A DNA stretch of 64,000 nt from Octopus vulgaris (lineage: Eukaryota), in the NCBI GenBank assembly GCA_951406725.2, contig OX597820.1, positions 78,430,001 to 78,494,000 on the forward strand, read 5' to 3'. The stretch's first letter is position 1. Each line of letters opens with the position of its first letter. The translations under genes and the position numbers were made by a program. The notes under the pieces were generated by a model. That model worked only from the letters and a program-made list of their open reading frames with translations. It did no database searches and was not told the DNA's origin. Shown here piece by piece: positions 63,661-64,000 of this stretch.

Positions 63661-64000
63661 GAGTGTGAGTGTGTGTGTGTGTGCGCGTTTGTGTGTGCAT
63701 GTATGAATCTACAAACTAACATCTATACTTTAATGGTCCCGTACGACTTTGTAGTACGTGGATCTATTATAATCCGTTGACAAAGTATAAGTCCTGGAGT
63801 CGATTTGGTCGACTAAATGCGGTTCTCCAGCATGGCCGCAGTCAGATTACGGAAACAAAAGCATAAAATGAATATATAAATATATATATGTATACATATA
63901 TTTATATATATATATATATACCTATACATATATACACACATATATATATATAAATATATATATATACATACATACATACATATATATACATATATATACA

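Overview
AT-rich, microsatellite-dense eukaryotic DNA with no recognisable host exon. The repeat families resemble those I recall from octopus/cephalopod genomes (inference only). Nearly all listed ORFs are translations of (TA)n, (TG)n, (TATG)n or A/T-tract repeats. Supportable features are decayed LINE fragments (CR1/L2-like, RTE-like, Hero-like, R4/Dong-like), tRNA-derived SINEs, two mariner derivatives, small MITEs, a probable solo LTR, and a head-to-tail gag/zinc-knuckle-only retroelement at 42.4-45.4 kb. A near-intact Penelope-like retroelement (RT + GIY-YIG, one frameshift) lies at 54.7-60.1 kb, bracketed by ~1 kb inverted repeats that carry a variant hammerhead ribozyme. The most unusual region is a 5.2 kb array at 47.6-52.8 kb. 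It is built from phased self-complementary AAAATTTT/TTTTCGAAAA blocks and a 32-bp GC-rich repeat, and holds seven co-oriented cassettes of a putative promoter plus the first codons of a CRESS-DNA-virus/circovirus-type Rep (MPHHPRYTRFCFTLNNY..., RCR motif I), each cut off before motif II. Coordinates were read by eye and boundaries are approximate.
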